64,000 nucleotides of DNA from Chlorokybus atmophyticus (lineage: Eukaryota; Plantae; Mesostigma and Chlorokybus algae), in assembly GCA_009103225.1 (NCBI GenBank), contig RHPI01003642.1:218451-282450 (forward strand). The letters are read 5' to 3'. Positions 27,701-40,138 of the stretch are shown here, piece after piece. Made by a program: the position numbers and the translations under genes. Under the pieces are notes generated by a model. It was not told the DNA's origin and searched no databases. It worked only from the letters and a program-made list of their open reading frames with translations. Position 1 is the first letter of the stretch, and each line of letters begins with the position of its first letter.

Positions 27701-27844
27701 AATTATATAATTCATTGCTTGTTTGCTGGCTTGGTTTTGGTATGCCAATGCATGAGTATGGTTGCGCATGTGGCACAGCCTGTTAGGTAAATGCATGCTA
27801 CAATGGTACATTATTCTCGCAATAGAGTATAACATATACAATGC

Positions 27845-29040
27845 AAGGATTGTGGCATGCAAGCGAGCGTGAGGCATGCACCCACAGCCACATACCACAG
27901 CACTCAACTCTTACATTCACCACCGGGCGTTCCATCTACGCACTACCTACATAACTTCACTACTTTGCCAACCTCGTTAGACATGCAGGTAGTTTGGCAG
28001 GGCCATAATAGCTGCTACTGCCTGCCTACTGCCTGCCTCACTGCCTGCCTTGCATGCACATAGGTCCAGCCCCATAGCTAGCTAGTTGTATGTGCCTTGT
28101 GGTGGTCTATATTGCTTTGGTTGTTGTGTGTCTGCTTGTTTGCTTGTGGCCCCTCTGTTATACCCTATGCAGGCATGCATGCACAGGTATTTCAATAGCA
28201 CAGATCCAATAAGGTACGCACACATGCACGCGCCATTACCTGCACCATGGCCGTTTGTCAGCGGCCCAATCTTCAACGAGGCAGCAGCAGCAGCAGCAGC
28301 AGCAGCAGACCCCACGGACTCCCCCTCCGCCCACATCACCGCCTCCACTCTCAACTGCGTCGCTCACCTCCCTGTCGCAGTGCCGTCGCTGTGTGTGCGT
28401 CAACTTTACTGACACGGGCAGTCGTCACTGCTCCCCATGTACTCAGACTTCAGTCTTTGTCTTTGGTCTGTAGCACTGCCATGCATGTCAACAGGGCGGG
28501 CTCCAACTATCGCACACTACCTATGCATGCATGCTGCTCCCGATTAAACACCCACCTAACCACACCACTGTCACATGGCATGACGGATCACAACATGCAC
28601 GCCCTATGCCTTAGCATAGGGTAGCCAACCGCTCACCAAGACAGCATGAGCGAGCTGGAATGGCCTTTGGTACGCGAATGGCTGCGCCAACCAAAGCATG
28701 GGGCATACAATAAATAGGATGCAGGGATTGTGGCATGCAAGAGAGTGCGAGGCATGCACCACCAACCAAATACCACAGCACTTATTACTTACATTCATCA
28801 ATGGGCGTTTCACCTACTCACTACCTTCATGACTTCACTACTAGCCCAACCCCGTTAGACATGCAGGCCTGCATGCACGCGCCATTACCTGCACCATGGC
28901 CGTTTGTCAGCAGCCCAATCTTCAGCGAGCAGCAGCAGCAGCAGCAGACCCCACGGACTCCCCCTCCTCCTCCGCCCACATCATCGCCTCCACTCATCTA
29001 CGTCGAACACCTCCCTGTCGCAGTGCCGCCGCTGTGTGTA
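27845..29040. repeat. Local imperfect tandem duplication (27845-28400 vs 28720-29040)
   Basis: 28225-28400 is near-identical to 28872-29040 (atgcacgcgccattacctgcaccatggccgtttgtcagc...gcagaccccacggactcccc); 27845-27990 resembles 28720-28865. Confidence 0.85.
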
Positions 29041-29462
29041 GAACGAACACGAACAACCCCAAGCGGTCATACCACTTGAACAGCTAGAATTCAAGGCCAC
29101 TGGTATACAATTGTACATGGGTCCCAGCATGGTGCCTGTTGCTCGCTACCGGCAGCACAATGACTAGGACTCCATGCCCATCACTTGTACTCTCTTTGCC
29201 GCCGTTGTCGCCCACTTGCTCTCGCGTTGTCAGCTGTTACTCCTTGCTACTAACGCTAGCTTACACTGTGCTGCAACTGAATCAGTGGAATAGTTGGACT
29301 CGTTGTTGGTTGGGTTGCTTTGATCGAGTCGTTGTACAGATACTGCCTATGCACACGCTGCGGTGCGATGGTGTAGTGAACTGCAACGCCAAGCAAGAGT
29401 TGCTGTAAGCAGGGTGCAACTTCCAAACGCAGAGAGGTAGGGCGCAAGCTGTCTCGCTGGCA

Positions 29463-32164
29463 TCAAAGCGCAGTTCGCAGATTGATGAAAGGCGCTTCCG
29501 CAACAGCCAAGGGTATGGCTACTGCTAGCATAGCATGAAAGAGAAATTTCCTGAGCCGGACAGGCACCCATAAACTGTGCTGTTCTGATGCCCTTGTAGG
29601 CGAGAGACATGTTACCCATTCGGCTGCAAATGCCATGGCTGCCCCATGGGCAATGCAGAAGGCTGTCCAAGCTAACAGCCACGTGCTGTCATTGCCACCA
29701 GCCCTGCATACCAATAGTATAATGTTGAACTTACAACCTTGGTAAATGTTGCAGACAATGCAGATTTGAGATGGTTACTCACCAGCCTATGATGACGTGT
29801 CCAGCATACCCATAACCCAGCCACAGTGATAGCAGCAGGGTGAACACGGGCTTATTTGCTGCATTGACCAGAGAGCCTTGGTGCCACTGATGAAGGCTAT
29901 AAATGCCGGCCGCAAGAGCCGGAGCCAAGCGTATGTAGCTGGCTAACATGCAGCCTGCAATGCCAAGGACTTGCTGGGTTTGTCGAATGCCACCTGGCAT
30001 CAGCCAAGATGCAGGCGTCTTCGAGTTGTCAATGCACAACTCCATTGACCGTGTGAAATGCGGAGCCACTCCCCTCCATGCTTTGGTTGTCATGACAGCC
30101 AACACCAACGCCAGTCCTGGACAGCTCACACGTGTCAGTATAGTATACACACCTCAATGTCGGAATGGCAGGCAAGCCTGCGCATGCGACATGAAGCCCT
30201 GACAACCGGAACTGCCCATGTGCTGCGTCCACCACTTACCAAAGAGCAGCTCATCGACCAGCATGCGGCGTAGATCTGTCACAGCTCGTGAAGCCGCTTC
30301 TTCCTGCTTGTGTCTTCGTTTGTCATCAATCGCCTCTCTCTGGTTGGCAACACTCTCAGCAAGATGCGAGGTTGCTTCCTGCTGCAACTGAACACCCTGG
30401 CTTTGGACCTGCAGCCCTGCAAACTGCAGTCGCAACCCTTGCTCCTGCAAGCAATGACGAAAATCAACTATCAAGCCCCCCCACCGAAAACAAGCTTCGT
30501 GAACAGCCCATGCCGCATGCAAGCAGGTAACCAGCGACACATGATGATTACCTGCAAGTGGTTACTCTGTTCTAGAGCTACAGCCTTGCGAAACTGCACA
30601 TGCAGTTTAAGTGCGTGCCAGAACTCATTGCTGTCCAGGCCGCCAGCTGCAAGTGCACGAACAAGCCGCAAAGGACAGATGAAATCCGTCTGATGCTGAC
30701 AAGCTGCCCTCCGGGGCTTCACCTCACAACACCAATCACATGGAACACAACTAGCATGCTGTGATATTAGTCCACAAGCGTCTAGATGAAACTGACCTTG
30801 GTTGAGTTTCTGAACCATGAGCTGCTGCACATCCACAGCATCGCCTTGGTACATACCCGCCCTCACTTGAAGAGTGCGAGACTCAACGGGCATATACGCC
30901 GAAACACTTGCTTGCAGAGGTGCCAGCAAAGACTCGCACTGTTGCGTACTCCACATCTGCCCATGATACGACATTTCAGCAATGATGATGCGAGCGCAAC
31001 ATGCACACACAAGTTTGTGGTTGGGTTGTTGTATACTTTAATATTGAAAAACAATGTGCATAGCCTCACTAGGCTCATGCTGCTTACCGATTGTAGCTCA
31101 AGCTTGCAACACTCTGCTAGTATCTGCAATCAAGCTTCACTGAGATCCTTGCATCGGCAATACAATGCTCGGCGCTCTGTTGCTCCATGGCTACATGCAT
31201 GACACCCATGTCAGCAATACCTTTGCTACCTTAGCCGCATCCAGAGAGGCTCCATGGCTGCGATGCGTATCAAGCTGCATTGCAAGGACAAGACACGAGT
31301 TCAGCTAGTGCTGGTGGTGTTGCGTGTCTTCATGTGCGATAAGTGTGTACCGCCAAAAGAACGCATGGGCGTGCGGCCATCGTGTCAGGCTACAACAGAC
31401 TGCAACGGCTCAACAACGCTCTGGGCGCTTGATCTAACCTCTGAAAGCGCGGTCGCAAAGCCATGACCCAATCTTTCCCCAAGCGCAGCTAGAAGCGAGC
31501 TTTGCTCAGCTTGAACACCAACATGCGCACGCTGTTCAATTGGTTCAGCAACGCTAGAGCTGGGGTGCAGTTCGCTGACGACATCATGAGCCGCATGAAC
31601 CTCCTCCTCACTGTGCACAGCATGCACTTGCTGACCAAGCAGCAACTCCTGCAATTCAGCAGCGGCCTCCGCTTCTTCCGCTTCCTCCTCCGGCGCAACC
31701 CTGGCAGGCCTCAGACTGCTCCTGCTGACAGTGCGTGCGGGGCCGCTTGCAGCTGGGGTCAACGACCTTATAGCGCTGCAAGCATCGTCAGCTTCAGCCT
31801 CGCCTGCTTTAGCCAACGACCAGGCTTCCCTCTCCCTCAACCTCTGCGCCTTGTAGCGCTCAACCCGCCTGGTGAACCTGCGCCTCTCAAGGCGGACGTT
31901 GACGAAGAGCAGGATCAAAGGAATAAGCAAGCCGAGAGGAAGCAGCTGCAACACTAGCTGAGTGTTGAACCCTCCGCCTCCTGCTGGGCTGTTGCTGTTG
32001 CTGGTAGTGGCCGACGGCGTTGTTGTTGTTGCTGTTGAAAGTATTGTTGACGGCACAGTTTCCTGCAGCACCACCACCCGCTGCTGCTGCTGCCCAGCCT
32101 CAATCGCCCCCCTGAAACCGCGCCTCACCCCCGCCGCCGCCGCCAGGTTATCCTCCACAGCCAT
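29463..32164 (-). CDS. CPR5: CPR5-like transmembrane nucleoporin
   Basis: About 8 exons. LGERLGHGFATAL, coiled coil, then MELCIDNS..ASWLMPG, KPVFTLLLSLWLGYGYAG, GGNDSTWLLAW, PVRLRKFLFH..AIP..APF. These match, in order, recalled CPR5 motifs (LAKPLGFSLAAF; SVC..SSWWVP; MPISF; GGDGKLWLIVW; PYWARR..LP..LPF). Confidence 0.7.
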
Positions 32165-32440
32165 GCCAACTCTGTTGCAGCGAGTGTGTCAGCGGGGTCT
32201 TTTTGCTTTGCTTGGCGTCTGCGGCGGCGAAGCAGCACAACGGACAATACGTCAAGGCCGTGGGATTGTCGGGTTGGTGTTGTGCGGTAGCTGATTCTGA
32301 AGAGAAGCGCACTCTCAGTTAGCTAGCAGTGTCTTCTGCTTCTGCGTAAGAAGGAGCACTTCTGCTGGCCAAGTGGCGTGTGGCTAGGTGAGGTTTGGGG
32401 TCAGCGGTTCAGAGCGTATTCACAGCCTGACTACAGATTG

Positions 32441-32499
32441 TGTGCTGTGACGGTGCATGAAGTAGCACAGTTTCCTGCTTCATGCACCGTCACAGCACA
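32441..32499. repeat. Perfect 22-bp inverted repeat (hairpin)
   Basis: TGTGCTGTGACGGTGCATGAAG (32441-32462) and its exact reverse complement (32478-32499). Confidence 0.95.
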
Positions 32500-32749
32500 G
32501 ACTTCTGCACCTTTCCCATGCCCACCTGAGTTTGTGCGTCTGACTGGTGAACGGCCGAGCGTGCATTGTTTTTCGTCCCATGCATGCTTGCTGTGATAAG
32601 CAATGATAGCGCAACAGTGTGGTCTTGCCGTTGCATGTGACGTTTGCAGCATCCAGCGTAACAGATTTGCTTCTTGTCGCGAGTGTAGTGCAACCAGGCT
32701 GTCACCACATGCTTTGTGCCGGTCGTCTCAGTGGTGTTGCCGTGTGCAG

Positions 32750-34997
32750 GCGAGCAGGCTCAACAGAGACAACTGAGATATGGTGCTGTCGGTATAATGG
32801 GGTTGTCAGCAGTACTTGTTGGCGTAACATCTGCGCTTGCGATTGCGGGATTCAACATCTTCGGTACACTATATGGCGTGCGACCTTGTGTGCTTGATTC
32901 GCATCGCACTTCAAACTAGCAATCCCAACTCGCAACAGGAGAGAGAGCGTATGCATGCAGCCATGCACAACGTATACGCGCGCAACTCTGCACATGCTCT
33001 TTAGCACATCCGTGTATTGCATTCAACGGACACTGTCAACGCTGCCTCAATGCGATAAGTCGTAGTAGGCATAAGGTGTCCTGTCATCATCAGCCAACAA
33101 CATGCAGGCCACAGACCTACCGTGTATGTCCCGGGCGCTTGTGATCGCCTTGAACCGCACCTTCGCCACCACATCGTTGGACAGGTAGGTGAGTGCTTGT
33201 CGCCTTCAGTTCAGTCGCTTCGTATCAATAGTTGATTCAGTGTTGTCGTCCTTGCGCATAGGATGATGCGGTGTCCCTGCTTGCCGACGCTGTGTGCAAC
33301 CACCTCGGTCAGCTTCATCCCAAAAAGCCGCTCGTGCTTTCAGTCCATGGGCCCCCGGGCGTGGGCAAGTCTTTCTTTCACCAGCTGCTAGCGGAGGTTT
33401 TGTATAATGTCACAAATGTTGAGGTATACTACATGAAGGCTGAACTTTGCACAGGTTTGCAAAGAAAGGAAGTCGGGTTGCTGATGTTATCTGCAGGACT
33501 GCCCTCCTGAGCTTGAAGACCAGTGCTGGCGCAACAAGTGCCCTGGAAGTCATTGCCCTAGCTATAAGATTGTATTCGGGACAGATTATGTGAGCAACCA
33601 GTTTGAGGTGCAGGCGCAGTTACTCAAGGTAAGATGCAGTAGTATGTCCATCGCAGTGGTTACGCTCTCTTGCTTTGCTGTTGGTGCAGGGCCTTCACAC
33701 CTGTTGTGCGCAGGATGCATTGTTGACGCATGTGCAGAAGCACCGAGAGTCCGTTCTTGTCGTTGAGGAGTATGACAAGGTGCAGTTGAAGGCTGCTTGG
33801 TCATGATGCTGCATTGCTTTGCTGGTTGCACACAAGAGAGACTTGTTTGGTTGCGCAGATGAACTGCCGCTCGCGTGGCATGCTGCAGCAGCTTCTGCTA
33901 AAAGGTTTTGCGGCGGCAGGCATCCAGTTTGACAGGTTTGCCGTGCACGCATTGCATAACATGGACGGCTGCTGAGGGGAATGTTTGGCTATCATTTTGC
34001 TCAATTGATGCGCTCTACACAGGACTATCGTGGTATTGGAGTCCAACGTTGGCTATGCTGAAGTTTTCAGTAGGCTTGAAGGAGGGAAACAGGTGCATAA
34101 CGTGCATACATTATGCCACGTCAAGGACAATTAACGTCAACTAACTTTGCTGCAGGCACCAGCGTTTATGGTAATTTAGGGTTCGGTGCTTGCAGGTGTC
34201 AATAGACGAGCTGCAGAGCATATTGAAGGATGCATTGTTCCAAGATTGGGCACGCCAGGGATGTGAAAGTCATGGCGATACATCAAAGGCCGTTGCACTG
34301 ATTGATGTGTATGTTCACATGTGGTGCTGCTGCTGCTGCTGCAATGGGCATTGTTTGTACACCTTCTTTGAGAGTGTCTGTGCCACTGCTAGCTGCTCTG
34401 CCTGCCTTTTGCAAGGCTCTCAACGCTGTTCAACAGGTTTGCACCGTTCACACCGCTGAACAAAGAGCACATAGAAGCACTGATGCGGCTGCAGCTGCAG
34501 CGACGGGTGAGCGATACAATTGGTGGTATGAAACGCGTGCAATATACTTACAAGGTGGTTGTATACTGACTAAAGCATCATCACGTGTGCACAGGTCGAC
34601 CGTCTGGAGTACGACCTTGTGAGGAGCGGCCTGGCAGACAAAGTAGAGTGGTCTGCTGGTGTTATCGACTGCCTCACCAGCAAGGTTTGCCATTACCTAT
34701 GCAAGCAGTGTCACTCTCAGCAGTAACAATAAAGCCCGTGAAGCAACACCAGTTCATCAGTCCATGTTGCCGTACCTGCAGGTGGAATTCGAGGGTGATT
34801 ACGCCATAGAGGGTGCCAAGTCAGTTGGCACTACAGTTGGGCTGCATGTAACAAGAGCCTTGAAAAGGCTGAAGGCAAGTCTAGGGGACGAAGTGCGCGA
34901 CGCTCACATAGGCAGGACGCTGCAATTCAGTGCAACGCCAGATGGCAGAACTCTTGCAGCAAGGTTACTGCCCCAGGAACAATGTTTACCTGGTTGA
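32750..34997 (+). CDS. Torsin-family AAA+ ATPase (start uncertain; possible ATG at 32797)
   Basis: Hydrophobic leader; LRHHIVGQ; KPLVLSVHGPPGVGKS (Walker A); VVEEYDK (Walker B); ALIDVFAPFTPLNKEH; EGAKSV (sensor-2 position). Confidence 0.8.
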
Positions 34998-35399
34998 GTG
35001 TTTGAGGATCAAATAATCATGTACTCGCTTAGGCAGGCAGGAAAGCGGTGTTCATTAAACAACTAGGCACTTGTGTGCACAGAGCACACGTGTCAACTTG
35101 CGTGGTCATTGTCGTGTGCCATGTTAATTGCTAGCGGGCATCAGCGGGCGTTGTCAATTGTGGTTCGTTCAAGCGCTTTACAACCATTGCATTGTGTGAG
35201 GCATGTTATGATTGTATATGCAACTGTAGAGGTGACCGACACCGGATTGCGATACTTAAGGATGAGTTCCGAACATGATCTTGGTGAAGCAGGGATACAT
35301 GCATGTGTTGACACCATTTGACAGCATGTAAAGCAGCCATTGCAATAAGGTATGGTATTTGCGCAATAAAGTATTGTTGATGTTGAAGTTGTAGCAACG

Positions 35400-36300
35400 C
35401 ATTGCTAAGTAGTAGTTTATTCAAGTCGACAGCTAACAATAATATTCAATGCATGGTACCACAAGATACGGCTGTATAATCAGCACACACTCAACTTTGG
35501 TCATTTATTAGTATACCAATGCAGGATGTGAATCACCAATCATCAATAATTCATTCGTTGTGTGCACAGATCGCAAAATTTAATGCAAGCATGTGCAACC
35601 ACCAAGTAACAAAGAGCTAGATGAGGTGAATGCATGGATGAAGTACATCGCTTTTAAACTCGTCTTGTCTTATTGTATAAGTAACAAATAATTGCCCCAC
35701 TTTTTCATAACGCACATGTATCACATGAGGATTCCGTGTGTTTTGATATACATGCGTGACATTACCGTATGTGTATACACCCCCTACAAACAAGCTCCCC
35801 CCCCTCCCCCCCCCCTTTTTTTATTGGGGGGTGTTGTATTAGGGCTGCATAATGAGTATAAAGTAAACCCCACCCCCACCCATCCAATGTGGATGTTGTA
35901 TTCGCATAAATATGTTGGCAATGTGTAAAGAGTGTAATATTATACACATAAAAAGCACGAGCAATATCAACATAAATGTAAGCTTGTTCGTGATGAGAAA
36001 CCGAGTGCATCATTATATAACGTGAAGTACGTGTATTGTATGTCGAAACTAGATGGAGCAGGCATATCACTCCATAATGACGATTGATATTTGATGCATA
36101 GTTCACCCACCGATAATATAATATGCAAAACCAATATTCGTAAATGTAAAGACGCTGAGTATTGGCACAAATGACAGCCCTTATTAAATCAAGTATTCAT
36201 CTCAAGCGCATGCTACACCGTTTCTGCCCTTACATTACGTTTGACCTTATGAAACAATATTAGGAGCTTTATTGTAGAATCCATGCATAAACATCTGATA
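35400..36300. other. AT-rich intergenic island
   Basis: Visibly low GC, homopolymer C/T/G runs near 35800, no credible ORF. Confidence 0.5.
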
Positions 36301-36335
36301 CCTTTCATCACCTACGAGTCATCCATGCTGGACGA

Positions 36336-36382
36336 GTTCTGGTACATGCGAGTCGTCAAGGACGACTCGCATGTACCAGAAC
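36336..36382. repeat. Perfect 22-bp inverted repeat with 3-nt loop
   Basis: GTTCTGGTACATGCGAGTCGTC-aag-GACGACTCGCATGTACCAGAAC. Confidence 0.95.
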
Positions 36383-36675
36383 AATCCGGAACCCAGCACT
36401 TACTTTCCTATAACGATAGCGCGCTATATCCATGCCTTCCGGGCCGTGCACAAGCAGGTTGGTCTAGACTTTAGCGGTGGCGGCGGCGGCGGCGGTATAG
36501 TTGTCGTCAGCAGGAGCATAGGTGTACACATCCAGACAACTCTGTGCATCGCTCGCGCTGTCCTGCAGCTGGACGACATCAACACTACAGCGCCTTGCTT
36601 TTTCTCTGGCTGTGTGGGACAGTGATGCTCGGAGCAGATCAAGCCTAGCAGCATCAGCTGCTTGATGGTGTTGCC

Positions 36676-39470
36676 ATGATGGACGGCGACGACGGCGACG
36701 ACCTCAACTTCGACTTCGAGGGCGGGATTGAGGCCGGCATCGACGGAGGCGGGGCTGGCGACGGTGGTGAGGAGAGCTACCAGCTTGCGCGTAGAGGAGC
36801 AGGAGGGGGTTTGCCCGAGGGAGGTGTCGGGTATGGAGGGGGCCAAGGGGGCGGCTATGGAGCAGGCAACGCTGGGGGCGGCGCTGGGGCTGTCGGTGTG
36901 GGCATGGGTCCCGGCAGGAAGAATTACAGGCAGACGGTGTGCCGCCACTGGCTGCGGGGGCTGTGCATGAAGGGCGACGCATGCGGTTTCCTGCACCAGT
37001 TCGACCCCGCACGCATGCCGATCTGCAGGTTTTTCGCCAAGCACGGCGAGTGCCACGAGCCAGACTGCGTCTTTAAACACTCCGCGGAAGACATCAAGGA
37101 TTGCCACATGTACAGTAGTAAGTTTTGACGCTTGACTCATTGCTAGGTTTTTCTTTCTAGCTTGCTTGGTTATGTAGTGTAAATTGTGTTGGCACGTGAC
37201 GCTAGATAGTGCAGTAGTGTGCGCACTACCTGCACACTCTACTGTACAGGTAGTGTGTTCACAGCTTATTGCAAGTTTAGCTGTACGTGCACTGTGCAGT
37301 TATTCAATAAAGAGTATACACCATGTATAGTATGCAGTGTACATCATATATATCTAGTGCAGTATATTGCCGTGTGTAATGCGCCACCTGTTATTCTGAT
37401 TTTCACGGTCAGGTTTTGTGACTTACAAGCAACGTGTCTTGTGTGTGTTTCTTGCAATTTCCATCTTTCCTACCATCGCTCTTGTGTTTTACGCTTCTTC
37501 GATAGCGAAATCTCGTGTAATTTGCTTGCATTTGCTTTGCTGTAACAATGTTGCTCATGCCAAGCATTGACAGGTACAAACTTGGTTTCTGTCCCAACGG
37601 GCTGGGTTGTCGCTACCGCCACAACAAGCTGCCCGGTCCGCCCCCGCCAGTGGAAGAAACCCTGCAGCGCTACCAGAGGCCACAGCAGACGCCGCAGCAG
37701 CAGGAGAAGGAGTCTACCACAACACGATCGGCTTCTCAAGCAGCAGCGCCGGCGCTTCCGGCTCCGCCAGGCAAGGCTGCTGAACAAGGCCAGCAGCAGC
37801 AGTTGAATGCGGAGAATGGTGCGCTGATGGTGCATGGCGAAGATGAACAGCCTGGGCCGCCACCACACTTACCACCAGGCTCGTGCAGGTGTGTATCATG
37901 ATATCGTATTGACTGTTGCACAGCATGCAGGTCAGTTTCTTGCATCGTACTACGTTGCAAGCACTGGCATGTCTAGTGTTAGCGTAGTTGTGGCGGTGTG
38001 TTTGGCCTTGAAGTTCTGCATGTGACATTGTGCAACTTTGCAGGTTTTTCCTCATTAAGAGTCTGAACTATGAAAACCTGGAGATTTCCGTGCGGCATGG
38101 TGTCTGGGCGACACACAGAAACAACGAGGGAAAGTTACTGGAGGCTTTTGAAACTTGCGATCATGTGATTTTGGTGTTTTCCGTGAACGAGAGCCGTCAC
38201 TTTCAGGTGTGATCATCAGTCTCAGCAATTTCCATTCATAAAGCATATGCATGCTATTACATGAATGATGCTTTGGCTGAAGTCGTAGTCATTAGCACAT
38301 GCACTTTGTCTCACAGGCAGCTTCAATTGCAGGGGTATGCAAGAATGTGTTCACGGTTTGGAGAGACGGATGTGCCTGAGAGTGTTTGGAAGTTTGCAAA
38401 TGGCAGCGGCAGCTATGGTCGCAACTTCAGTGTGCGATGGTTGAAGGTAAGCAACCTTCCCACACCCTGGCTGGCATTTTTGAAATCCACCTTTTGTTGC
38501 TTGAGAGGGGGAGGCGCATTCGTAAAGGCTTTACTTGGAGGTTTGCCAAACAAACTCTGACTTGAGCGCTTTGTTCGCAGTTGTGCGAGCTGCCTTTCCA
38601 AGACACCCGCCACCTGCGCAATGCTTTCAATGAAGACCAGCAGATCAAGGTAAGCACTCGCTCACTTGAAATGGCATCGTACTCAAGATTGACATTCCAG
38701 CCATCAATTGTCCAAGTACGTGTATGTATCATTCAACTGGTCGTTAGGTTGGGAGAGATACACAAGAGATGGAACCCGAGGCAGCCAGGGAGTTGACAGC
38801 GCTGTTGTTTGGTCAGCCAGACAGTCCGTTGATGGTGAGTAAACCACAGTTGTCTGTTTAAGCTGCGTGCTATGCATGTCACCATTCGCATCTCATGTGT
38901 GCGTGCGTGCTGTAACAGGACATCGCGCGTCAGTCGGAAGACCAGCGCAAGCTGAACCTTCGAGCCAGAGCGAAGCTCGAGGGCATGTCTGGGCGGGGCG
39001 GCCGCATGCGAAACGAAAGGCCTTTGCTGCCTCACCATTGGGGTCCTGGACCCATGATGGACCCCGGGTTCGGTCCGCATGGACCTGTCGGCCCGGGACC
39101 TTTCATGGACTGGGGGCCAATGGGTCCCGAGCCTGGCTTCATGCCAGGCTTTGGTCCCGGGATGGGTCCTATGGGACCCGGCATGAGCCCGATGGGACGG
39201 CCCATGCGGCCTTTTGCCCCCAGCGCGTTTATGGGAGGGCCTCAGCAGGGTCCCTTTGGCATGATGGGAGGAGGGGGAGGGGCGGATATAGCAGAGATGG
39301 AGTATCATGTCCGGCAGGCCAAGGAGTTTGCGGCCCGGCTTGCAAAAGAGAAGAAGAGGCGCAAGCAGCACAGTCCCGCGAGCAGCGCCAGCAGCGATCA
39401 GCGCAGTACGGGTGTTAGTCCGCGTAAAGTTCGTAGGTCTTCTAGTCGATATGATGATGATCACGGTTGA
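36676..39470 (+). CDS. CPSF30: CPSF30 with C-terminal YTH domain (plant CPSF30-L type)
   Basis: LNFDFEGG; three CCCH fingers (TVCRHWLRGLCMKGDACGFLH...); YTH motifs RFFLIKS..ENLEISVRHGVWAT, LVFSVNESRHFQGYARM, GRDTQE. Confidence 0.95.
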
Positions 39471-40138
39471 AGCTATTACATCAATATCAAGAAACTGCCT
39501 GCGCTTGCCCTTGCGAGTCAATGATTGCCGCCTTCCTGGCCGATCAGTGGATGATGACAACCAATTTGTGCTCTTTTGCTGCTTGTGTGCGTATATGTGT
39601 CGCCTTTATGTTCACATGCACCGCATTGCATGTTTTGTACACTACAGGTACAAGTATCACAAAGTGTGCTAGCATGTACCACTACCCAAATGTGATTAGC
39701 AAGAGCATATCTGTTGATGATGCGTTTCTGCATGGTTGCAAACGTGGACGTGTACATGCCACAAACACGCATATGTATCAACCACAGACTCATGATTGTG
39801 CCTGCCTGCTGTGCCAGTCAACAGTGTCCTGAAGTGGTCTGCAGGCAGCAGCCTATTGTGTACGTTGGATCATGGGGCCAAATGCTGCAGTGTAGCCCGC
39901 GCGCTTGCACACCAGCCTGACAGTGTAATGACTCAACAGCACGAGCAACACCACAAACCAGCATTTGCTGCGGTGATGATGAATGCGCCTCTTACGCAAG
40001 TACAATCAATCAAGGGCTGTGGTAGAAGGCCTTCACCCTCTAAGCAGCCCAATACTGGCATCGCTTGGCATGACACAGTGCAGACAAGTGCAGCACCACA
40101 TCTTGCAGCATGAGCAGTGCAGCAGCATCATGATATTG

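Noticed and set aside
31962-32294. Plus-strand ORF with an ATG overlapping the CPR5 start codon (CATG at 32162-32165) as the torsin start
   Set aside because: Needs a weak donor and has no support; the torsin start is left unresolved.
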